A stretch of DNA of 64,000 bases from Zygnema circumcarinatum SAG 698-1b (Eukaryota > Plantae > Zygnematophyceae), in assembly GCA_037447605.1 (NCBI GenBank), contig CM074816.1, forward strand, positions 124,001-188,000, given 5' to 3'. This document shows, in pieces, positions 44,679 to 61,239 of the stretch (the first letter of the stretch is position 1; every line of letters starts with the position of its first letter). Both the position numbers and the translations under genes were made by a program. The notes beneath the pieces are model-generated. The model had not been told where the DNA came from. It made no database searches and saw only the letters and a list, made by a program, of their open reading frames with translations.

Positions 44679-47600
44679 ATGGATTCTTCTGAAATTCGAA
44701 GTGGTGCAGATCCTGAAGAAGAACGCGCAGAGCAGGTTCAGGTATTAAGGTTGTCTGAAATTCATGAAATAAGGGACGATGCCACCCTTCCGATCGCAGA
44801 AAAGCTGGATCAAGTTAAGGTGTCTCCTGCACCATTGTCGGAGGGGAACTTGACAGATGAATGCGCTTCTTCTGAGGTCTTTGAAGAAGTGGACGTGCCA
44901 CCGAGGCGAGCGACAAAACCAGAATCCTTTAAAAAAGTGTTACAGGTCGCAGTGCCTCTGACAGATAAGCCGCTGCAGTCTCCCCGGGCGAAGACTTCGC
45001 AAAAGCCGCCTTCACCAATACACTGGTTTCCGAGGACCAAGACTGAGTCGTATCTCGAGAAAAAAATTCGCCTTCTGCAGGTAGAAATCGCAGGGAGATA
45101 AACTCTTGGAATTTTCGTTGCCAGTTTATTTTAAATACATATGGAGCTATCAGCTGGATAGCTATCAGCTCTTTTGTTCGTTCAAAACATCGTCTTGCTT
45201 AGTATTGAGGTCAGGCTTGAAAATGCCGTGGATAATGACAGCGTTCCTGAACATTCACTGTTGACAATGACAGGAGAAGGACGGAGTATCACACGGATCT
45301 CTCGATGAAACTTTGGTTCCTGCCAAGCTGAGCCGAATAGAAAGGGAAAAGCTTGCAGCAGCGACAGCGGCGCAGGAAGCCAAGGAAAGCCGACACATTG
45401 CATTAGTAGAGGCGACCTGGTGTCGTATTCTGGATGCAGCAGGGTATGCATTTTCTTCATTTTGTTGCCTAGGGAGCCTTCAAAGTGAAGAGAAGCAAGC
45501 GAAACGACTAACAAATGCTTGATTCTGAATGGTTTTTCCCTTGATGTGGAGTAAACAGATTTAACATCCAGTAGAACGTTTTCATGCACGCTCCGCTACA
45601 TGCCTTGCCGACCGTTTTTGTCCCATGCATATTGCTTTTTAATTTGTTGTTCATCTTTTCATTTTGAATGATCCTGAGGCGATTCTCGGTTATGGTACAC
45701 TCTTGAATTCTGAGCGCTGCAACTGAATAGAACTGAACCGTGAAGAGCAAGATTAGGGTATAAAAGAATGCTTTAAAAATAGAAGATATGGTGTTTTTCA
45801 TCGCATGTATGGGAATTCCCCTTTCTTTGTCACGTGATTGCGGCGTTCATGTCCTTATCGTTCTGTTTGCTGCAGAATTCCATCGAATGATGCAGTGCAG
45901 ATAGCACAGGAGGCAGAGGACCGAGCAGCTGAAGCTCTTCGTGCAGCTACCGAAGTCGGTGCACTTTTGCTCGACCAGTCAAAAAGCAGAGGCAGCTTGA
46001 GAGACTCTATTTTCACATCCGCTCAGGATGTTAGAGAGATAGAGAGGAAAGTTGTGTCAGCTGTAAAGAGTGCACTTGACAAGGTGGCGAGGGATCATGT
46101 GAGGGATGAATATGACATTCAGGATTTTTTCACGGATCAGACTTTAATGCGGCTCTCCAATACAGAGGTGCTTCCAACTGATGATACCGACGGCATGAAG
46201 TCAAGGGCAGCTGAATTTGAAGATAAACACATTCAGTGTGCAGCGTATACCCCCATGACAGATAACCGAGAAACTGAAGCTGATGTGGCTTTGATCATGG
46301 ACGCTACAAATTGCTCAGCTCAAAATGCGCAGGACAAATACATAGAAGGAGCGCCCACGAGGAAGCGAGAGGGAGCAGCAGAGAAAGAGGCAAATGCAGA
46401 AGTGATACTCCAAGCAGGTCTTCTGAACGAAGGTGGCTCCGGGCCCTCCGTTGTGATAGAACCAGCAAATTCTGAAGGTGAATCTTATACAAGCCCGTTC
46501 TATGATCCGAAACGTTTGAAAAGTCCTCTACGAAGCCCTGTTGACAGCTCAACTTTCAGCCCTGATCTCAATTCCCTCAGAGCGCCACAATGCGTTGTCA
46601 AACCTAACGAGGTTGAGCAGAATGCGAAGCCCCATTTTATGGAAGAGTTTATGATTGATCGAGTGAAGGTGTTGGCACCGCAGCAGAAAGTTGCCCTGGC
46701 TGCTGTGGTGTCCACTCACAGCCTCGTCAATAACTTGCTAGAGGAAATAAGGGATGTGAGGGAGACCGGGGTTCGGAGAATTAGTGGAGGCGGGCTTGGC
46801 GATATACTGAAAAAGCACGTCTCCAGACTGCAAGCTGAAAAAGCTGCTGCTGAGAACAATGCCATCACAGTGCAGAACGAGGCAGAAACGGCCATTGACG
46901 GAAGGAATGAAGGAGAGGAGGAGGAGGAGGAGGACGAGGCACTGAAGAATCATGCATCAGAGTTAGAAAGAGATCTGAACGTTGCCAAGGTGACGACGGA
47001 AGACTTGAATGCAGAAGTCAGTGGACGAATGAGTAAGGATGAATCACGAACCGACTCAGAAGGAACAGAAGGAGGGCTTGGGCAGACACTTCTGCAGCAT
47101 GAAATCCAACTCCAAAGGGAGCCAGAGGCCAGCAAGGCAGTTACAGACTTTCGTGCCAGGAGTGAAAACCGGAGCCTTTTACGTTGGCAAGAAACAGAAG
47201 GAAGTCTGGGGGATGTTGTTTTCAAGAAGCCCTTGTCACGCTTGGAGCGCGAGAAGCTTGCAGCCTCAGAAGCAGCAAAGCAAAATGGAGGGGATTTGAC
47301 GCCTCGATTGGCGAAGGGAGGGCGAGAGAGAGACAGAACACAGCAGACCACCAATGACTGTCCGGGTCTCGGAGACATTCTAGTGAAGCGTGTAGGAGGG
47401 CTGCAGGCAAAGGTGCAGGTACAGAAAAAAACGCAAAGTGAAGGACCTCGAGTACCTGTAAAATCAGTGCCTTCTCCTTCTCCTGCTTTTGAAGGGGACT
47501 TGGGAACGGCTTTCGTGAAACGTAAGTCAAGGCTTGAATTGGATTTGGAGAAAGCAAAGACAGGAGCTCCAAGCCAGTATCTGAGCAGCCGCAATAAGGA

Positions 47601-48127
47601 GAGGTCCAACAGTTCGCAGAAGGGCGAAGGGCTGGAAGACCTGCTTGTGTCCCGTAAATCGAAGCTTCAGCAGGAGCAGGAGGCAGGACGTTTGACAAGA
47701 GGGCCAATGGAGACGAGGTCTATTGGAAGCCAAAAGCAGGGAGACGAAAAGAGCGAGAGTGCAAAAGGTTCAGGCGGTTTGGGTGATGTCCTAGTGAAGA
47801 GGGTGTCCCGATTGGAAAAAGAGAAAATGCAACAGTCGGAGGTTGTCGTGCAGGCTCCCAGGAAGAACGAAAGCAGGAGGGTGGAAACGGATTCTTGGGC
47901 CGGTTTAGGATTGGGGGAGTCCATGAAGAGGCCCGTTTCTAAGCTTGAGAGTGAACAGGTCAGAATTACATTAACTGAGCTCAATCACTGTTTTTTTTAG
48001 TAAACGAATTACAGCTTGTCAGCAGTAGTTGACTTAGCTCTTGCTGACTTTCTTTTTTGCTCTCCATGCCTCTTGATTGCAGGCTGCTTGGAAAGCGGAG
48101 GCTGCAGCAAAATCACGCAAAGGCTGA
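44679..48127 (+). CDS. Uncharacterised plant coiled-coil protein ('myosin-2 heavy chain-like' family) with repeated GLGDxLxKxxSRL motifs; exons 44679-45080, 45274-45443, 45876-47958, 48083-48127
   Basis: PSPIHWFPRTKTESYLEKKIRLLQ|E..LDETL..REKLAA..ALVEATWCRILDAAG|I matches a conserved plant family as recalled; phases consistent. Confidence 0.7.
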
Positions 48128-48947
48128 TGGAGCATTCCGCCAAAGGACCCGCGGTTGGCTTCGGCTGCTGCTCAAGGATGACACTAATCTGGAAGTTTCT
48201 CGGAAGCCACCGAAGGTTTCCTGAAAACTGCTGAGCTCTCTGTGTAACATAACAGCAGGACCTCCATTTGACCTCACGTCCATTCGCTCTTTGGTCACTC
48301 CTCGGGCAAAGCCTGGAAGGATTAGCTTGTACGGGTTCATTTCAACTGCAGAATAAGAAAACTCTTTCATACCTGAAACCCTACAAGCACTAAAAACATG
48401 GGAGCCAATGCCTCAGTCCTGCTCAGTCCATCACCATAGCAGGGGCTTGAACTTTCCGTGGAAATAGGGTGCAGACCTGCGTTCCCAGAGTACGAGGTTT
48501 AACGTTGCATCATTATGCAACGAAGATGTGCTTATGACGTGATGCCGTAGGCTCGGGCCAGGATACCTTGGTTTGTATGCTTTTGCTGCCCTTTTCAGCA
48601 CCTTGAATAAAATTCCGAAGGAATGCCCCTTGACCACAGAGGAAACAACTAGGAGTGGACTAGTAAGAGAGGACGGTCAACCTGGCCACTTTATTATCTT
48701 GTACTGTGTCATGCATTCAATGTATTGTGGCTCGTGTATAAGAATCACGAACATACCAAAAATGCTTCCTCTAACTGCTAACATGCAGCCAGCTTCTACT
48801 TTACAATTGGGGGGCAGAAGGTATAGGTCGTTCCTAAACATCTTTCTCTGCCCATTTAAAAAGCAAGGTAGAGGAAGATTGTAATGAACTTCGGGAGATT
48901 CTACTTCAGAATTTCTCTGCCCCTTTCTTTTCTTTGGAGCAAGTTTC

Positions 48948-54368
<5,421 letters not shown>

Positions 54369-55585
54369 TGTCACTTCTTGAAGGGGGGAGGGGGCGAGGA
54401 GAGGGAGTGGGAGAGGGGAGGGAGAGAGGGAGGGAGAGGGAATGAGTGGGACCTCGCATGTGGCGATGCACCGGCCTGGATTTCAGGCGACATTACACTT
54501 CCGTACTGCGACGCACGTGATTGGTGTATTGGGCCGTGCGACGTCGCATGATGTCGCACTATGGACTGCGCGCCCTTCTCTCCCTCACACTTTCACACAC
54601 ATCGGCGCCCCGCTTTCTCTGAATGTCTCCCTTCACATTTCTCTTGGGGAGAAAATGTGAGAGAGAGCCTGTTGTAAGAGTGAGAGAGAGATGCTGCTGC
54701 TGCGGGAGAGGGTTTGAGAGAGAGGGAGGGCGAGAGGAGAGTGGGAGAGGGAGAAAGGGAGAGGCACATCAAGGTATTTCTATATATCCTTTCTCTTTTA
54801 TATGGCACCTTTCTCTCTCCCCCCGAAAGAGAGAGAGGAAGGCCTTCCGTGAGACGGCGGATAGAGCGGTTGCCGTGAGGGAGAAGGAGAGAGGGAGAGA
54901 GAGGCATCTCCCTCGTCCTTGCTCTTTCATTTGACATCCTTCTCTCTCTCTCTCACTCCCACTCTCATTCGCGAGAAAGCGTGGGAAAGGGGCTTTCTTG
55001 AGAGAGAAGAGAGAGAGAGGCAGCCTGCCGGGAGAGGGAGCGATAAGAATGGAGGGGGGTAAGTGAGAGCAAATAAGAAAGTGTGAGGGAAAGTGGCATC
55101 ACTATCTCTCCTTTCCCTTTCATTTGGCAGCTCGCTCTCTCCTCTCCCTTCATCTCCCTCTCCCTTTTTTGAAAAAACAATAGTGCAGTATATGGTTAAC
55201 TGTCGATTCAAGTTCGAATTCAATTGATCAGGTCCATCTCCTCCTTTTCCCACACTCTCTCTCCCTCTCGTAAGCGGAATATCCTCGAATTGCGTATCGC
55301 AGTGTATCCTTAAATACAGTATTCTCATATTCTCATTCTCCCAGTCTCATAATTCGAGGATATTCCGCATAATGAGATTTGAAGATACAGCGCGAAACGA
55401 CGGTCCAGGATGCACCGCCATGCAGGATTTGAGGATACACCGCGGGATGACATTTAACGATACACTGCTTAAATGAATTGAGGAATCACACGATACGCCA
55501 TCGCAAGATACACAACTTTACGAGGGAGGGAGAGGTAGAGGTTGGGAGCGAGGTGAGGGCAGGTGGTGAGGCGAAGGGGGCCGCG

Positions 55586-55664
<79 letters not shown>

Positions 55665-56074
55665 GAAGTGGGAGCACGGAGGAGAGGCATGGCAAAAGCA
55701 AACCCTAATTTTTGTTATTCAGGCATCCAAGCAGCCGACATTGCCAGCCAACCATTGTCATCCAACGGTCGCAACCATTGGCAATAGTTCGCAACCATTC
55801 CAACGGTTGATCCGATGGTGCGACCTGTGCATTAGAGAAGCCGCGCAGTCCATATTGCGATATCATGCGACGTTTTGCCACGGCCCGCTCCGCCAATCGC
55901 GTACGTCGCAGGACGCACGCGAATCGTATTGTCGCGCGCGATCCTGACCGTCGGATCGCCGCGTGCGAGATCCCTCGCCGTCCGTTCCCTCCTTTTTTTC
56001 ACGCCTTCGGGTTGTTTTTGAAACCACGCCTCACGGTTCATTCCATGCTCTGCCTTGCATGGTGTCCACTCCGT

Positions 56075-56255
56075 CTCCGCCATATACATATCCATACATA
56101 CATGCATCCCTCATACATACTCATACGTGTCCATACATCCATACATACATACATCCCTCATACATAGACATATCCATACAAACATACATACCTCATACTC
56201 ATGCATGTCCATGCATACATACTGTACCTCATACATATGCATGTACATGTCATGG
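56075..56255. repeat. Degenerate (CATA)n tract
   Basis: catacatac units. Confidence 0.75.
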
Positions 56256-56344
56256 TACGGCGTTTTCCTCCCTAGAAAACATGCACACTTTGTGTCGGGA
56301 CGAGGGAAGCGCCCCCCCATATCTTCAAGCCTCCGTACGGCACG

Positions 56345-56440
56345 CGGCTGCCGGCAACCAGTGGCTAACTAACCAGTGGCCAGTCAGCCAACCAGTGGCC
56401 AGCCAACCAACCAATGGCCAGCCAACCAACCAGTGGCCAG
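56345..56440. repeat. Short tandem array of caaccagtggccagc-like units
   Basis: About five accagtggc/accaatggc units. Confidence 0.7.
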
Positions 56441-56768
56441 TGACAGGGCGGTTTGCAGAGCAACAAACTCAGACTCTGGTTTGGCCAACACCGCACAACC
56501 CTCCAGGACTCCGACCAACGGGAAATATCTAATAGCTTCAGCTTCAAAATAAACTTGATCGCCGAATCCAGTAAACACGGTCTACAACATGGCGGAAAAG
56601 GCTTAAAGAAAATGGAGATAATTCTACACGAATATAAAGGAATCAATTAGTAATCTACAGGTAATCAATACAACAAAAACATGATAGTGCTCACTGCTCA
56701 GAGTGAGAGAGAGAGAGAGCACTACCACATGTCTACCTAAATCCATGCCAAGAGAGCCAGCCGCCTAT

Positions 56769-58808
56769 TCACACGTGTGTGCTCTGCCATAGGTCGGTCT
56801 CCGCCAGCTTTAGACCCCTTTTGGAGCATCTCCTCCGCACGTGCCGCAGAATGGCGGGCCCCACCACTTCCGGCGCGGTCAAATGGGGGATGTGGCCGCT
56901 GACCGGGAGGAGGTCCAGACACGCAACGGAGGACATGTGCTCGCACATGTGCTCCGCCACCTTCAACGGAACGGCCGCATCGAACACCGTCTGGACCAGG
57001 TGCACGGGAACTGTGACCTGCGCCATGGAACAGGCCCTAGGTCACGCTTCAGCGGCTTAAAATTTGAACGGAAAATGGCATTGATCTCACGATGGCGATG
57101 ATGCCATCAAATGTACATGGCCAACATCAGCATGGGGAAGGAACCACGAGGAACTGGTCGCTAAGGACCTTAGCACCACCTGTTTAAAAAGTTAGTTAAC
57201 GAAAAACAAAAGGAAAGGAGCAGGTTCCCGCGGATGGAACCCCCCCCCCTTTGAGGATGAACGGAGAACGGAACGGAGAACGGAACGGCGAGAGCATGGA
57301 AAGGGTCAGCACCTGTGGGAGAATGTGGCGCATGTCGCTTCTAAAAATGGTCCTTGTGATGTGAAATGCGATGTCGGGCCGCATGAGGTACAGCGTACGG
57401 CAGTATTCCCTCACTTTCGCGGAAGAATTTTCCTCCCCCACCAGCATTTCTCCGAACCCTGTTGCCCACGCCTGCATGGAAAGCCTGATAGTTCTAAGTT
57501 AATGATCAGCTGCTTTCAACAGCTATACGCTCTATGAATAAGGAAAGCAGCAGCTTGTTGGTTAAGCAACCCATCAACCCATTTGTTTAATGATTGACAG
57601 AAAAAGGGGACTTTGTTTATTTGAACAAATCACGAGTTATGAACCGGGAATAAGTTGTTATGAGAATATTTTTCACCCTGTAATTCGCCTGCATCCTCGC
57701 AAAGGCCTCATCCAAATCCTCCACGTTGAACCCTCCGAGGTATCCGGGCTCGTTGATGTACCTGAACCCTCTCCCTCATGTTTTGCTGTGAGCAGTTGAC
57801 CCCTTAGACCCACTCGCTGCTGCAACAGATACCTAAACCTGAAAACAAAAAAGAAACAGTTCAACTGCCCTTCAAACATATCAAAACCCTAAACTTAAGA
57901 TATATCAGATTCTACACAATTCAGCTTTACAGTTTCACATCAAACGCGGAAATCGAGCGCATCGTCAACCTGAAACTTCTTTCTTCTTCGAAGATTTCCA
58001 ACTTCCCAGTTTCAGCTAAAACCACTCGAATAATAGAATTGAAGGTTTAGGATTGTAAATTTTTAGAGTTTAATTGTGTTTAATTACTAAGTTTTAAAGA
58101 CTTTACCTCGGGGATGCTCCCAGCGCTATGATTTGCTGGAAGAGATTTGGAGCTTCTATGGAGGCCAAGAGGCCGATCATTCCCGACATGGAGTGGCCCA
58201 CGTAACTGCACCGCTCTATGCCGAGCTCGAAAAGAATATCGAGCAAGTCGTCCGCGAATCCGTGCAGTGTGCTGTAACGCTCGTAGTCGAACTGCTCCGT
58301 GTTTGTGCTGCACATGGAACAGCTCCGCGCGGGGAGGGGGGAGCAAGGGAACTGTCAGCCCAAGAAGAAGGGAGGGGGGGGAGGAGGAGGAGGCTGGAAT
58401 GAGAGCATTAAATGGGGTGCAAATGGGGCATAAGTGGGGATAAACAGGTTGGCAATATGGTGTGCGTAGGGTGCAAATGGGGTGTCAAAGTGAATAGCAA
58501 ATAAGGAAATGAGAGGGGTACGAATGGGGTGTAAACAGGGCATGAGTGGAGGGTAGACGGTGTGTGAAAGGGGGATAAAAGGGCAAAAACCAAAAAAAAA
58601 AAATAGAAATATGAAAATAAAAAAGAAGGCGAATGGTGTACAAATGGGGTGTACCTGCCCCCGCCCATGTGGTCGAAGAGCACGAGTCGGTACTTTTTGA
58701 GGTCGAAGAAGGGCAGCACAAACTGCCAAATGCTCTGATTGGTGCCGAACCCGTGCGCGAGCACCACCGTCTCCGGGCCCTGCCCCAACACTCGCACATT
58801 GTGCCGCT

Positions 58809-58845
<37 letters not shown>

Positions 58846-59119
58846 NNNNNNNNNNACGACTTGCGGAAGTATGCAGTTCTTATTTCATCGTATAAGGGCT
58901 GCATTTACCGTGAGCTGCAATGGAACCATTGTATGAAATTTGAAGCGATGAAAGAGACCCAATTCAATAGCAATAAGAATACTGATATTTAAAAAGACTA
59001 AACGTGCGATCGAATTTCGACGAGAGAGAGCGGAGCAGCACTTGCAGAGAGGACGAGAGGCGCTCCTCCTCCTCCTCCGCTGCAGCCGGTAACGGGTGGC
59101 GACTATGAAGGGAAGCCAT
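56769..59119 (-). CDS. KAI2: KAI2/D14-like alpha/beta hydrolase; exons 59119-59042, 58806-58655, 58307-58107, 57761-57677, 57471-57313, 57017-56769
   Basis: HNVRVLGQG..VVLAHGFGTNQSIW, FDHMGGGS|TN, YVGHSMSGMIG, GASPR|YIN, MRPDIA..TIFRSDMRHILP, FDAAVP, SGHIPHL; Ser-Asp-His triad present. The symbol denotes the family; orthology is not established. Confidence 0.88.
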
Positions 59120-60499
59120 GGCTGCCTCCCTCTCCCACTCTCCCACTCTCTGTGCCTCTATCCCTCTCTCTCTCCCTCTTCCTCTCTCTCTCCCTCTCCC
59201 CCCTCTCTTTCCCTCTCTCTTCGATTCTCTCTCTCCCTCTCTTACACTCTGCAGCTCCATCTCTCCCTCTCTCTTCCTCTCTCTTTCCATTTCTCTCTCC
59301 CTCCCTCTCACCCTCTCACTCTCTCACTTCTCACTCTCTCACTCTCTCTCTCTTTCTCTCTCTCTCCCTCCCCCTCCCTCTCTCTATTTCTCTCTCTCTC
59401 CCTTCCTCCCTCTCTCCTCTCCCTTCCTCCCTCTCTCCTCTCCCTCTCCCACTCCCACTCCCACTCCCACTCCCACTCCCACTCCCGCTCCACCGCCACC
59501 GCCCCTTTCTTTCCGCCCGCCATCCTCCGCGCTCCTCCCAGGCTCCATGCGGAAATCGAATGACCGAATTTGTAACTCCATGGAAACGGCCGACTGTAAT
59601 ACCTGCCACTGCCACGTGGCGATCTCACGAATCCTACCACGTGACCTCGCATCTGCTCTTTTGGACCGTAGCGACTTCGGATCCACACAATGATACGAAA
59701 ATGTCGGTGGCCTGAACTTTCACGAACGTTGCACCGTTTGTCCAGAAGAAAAACTTCGCCCTGTTCAAATTCGCAAAGGCGTAAATGCAGAAAATGACAA
59801 AATTGTACGAGTTGCAGCTGCAAATCCGTACACCTGATCAAGGAAGGCCGTACAGTTCATCCTAGATGCGGCCATTGGCCATTTGACTTTTGTGGTGTTC
59901 GTACAGCTAATTTTGGCACGCGAGGCTGCCCAGCCAATCAGCGCAGAGCGCGAGATCCTCGGCGCGTGGGCCTCTCCGCCGCTTATAAAATCCAGCGTCA
60001 TGTCGTATCGAGATATATCGTGTAGAATGACAATACGATACAATATCGCAATATACGAATCGATACAGAAATTCAGAGACATGTAGCTCGTGTTCTCTGT
60101 CTTTCAGTAAAAACGTCCGTAGAGTAAATACTGTAGTGTTGAAATTCCCTGTTTGAAAATCAATTCCTCATGGATCGGCTGTTTGAGTTAAACTGGCATG
60201 TGACCCGGCCCGAAGTAGCCGTTCGTCGGCTCTGCCCGCGCGGTACGGCGTACGGCGCGCCCCGGAGCCGTTGCCGCATGCCACGTCACTGTCCGTACGG
60301 GAGCTTTCTGACTAGAGCCAGTAGCCGTACAGCTACCTGCGACACGTGGTGCAATGTGATAGGTATCGGGGATTCGGACATGCGAGGGTCCCCCTGAGTG
60401 CGCCACGTGGAAAGTAGGCCTGGCGCATCGGGCGGTGCCGACACCCGGAGGGCCGTACGGCCGGGGCGCCTTTTGGTGGCAGAGAGCGCGGGAGAGGGA

Positions 60500-60945
60500 G
60501 AGTGGGGGAGGCCGACGGAGAGGGAGAGAGGGAGAGGGAGAAGGGAGAGGGAGAGGGAGAAGGGAGAGGGAGAGGGAGAAGGAGAGGGAGAGGGAGAGGG
60601 AGAGGGAGAGGGAGAGGGAGAGGGAGGGAGAGGGAGGGAGAGGGAGGGAGAGGGAGAGGGAGAGGGAGAGGGAGAGGGAGAAGGAGAGGGAGAGGGAGAA
60701 GGAGAGGGAGAGGGAGAAGGAGAGGGAGAGGGAGAGGGAGAAGGGAGAGGGAGAGGGAGAAGGAGAGGGAGAGGGAGAGGGAGAAGGGAGAGGGAGAGGG
60801 AGAGGGAGAAGGGAGAGGGAGAGGGAGAAGGGAGAGGGAGAGGGAGAGGGAGAGGGAGAAGGGAGAGGGAGAGGGAGAGGGAGAAGGAGAGGGAGAGGGA
60901 GAGGGAGAGGGAGAGGGAGAGGGAGAAGGAGAGGGAGAGGGAGGG
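60500..60945. repeat. (GAGGGA)n purine tract between two divergent genes
   Basis: Read directly. Confidence 0.92.
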
Positions 60946-61239
60946 AGGAGGAAGGAACAGGTCCTCTTCTCACAGCGTAGGCCCCCCTTCCTCCCCTTAC
61001 CCTTCCCCCTCTCACAATCTGCGTCTGATTTTTTTTTTAACTCCCAGTAATTTTTATATATGTATTCTATATGTATTTTCTTGTTTATTTTTTTATTTTT
61101 TTTGAAGTAAAAAAAAATCTTTCTCCGCCAATTAATTACGATTGCTTATCGCGCAAAATTTTCACCTCTGGACCTTCCCCTATCTGAGCTCCCCCCCGTC
61201 TCCCCCTGTGCAGACAGGCGGCCTTTAAACGCAGCCGCC

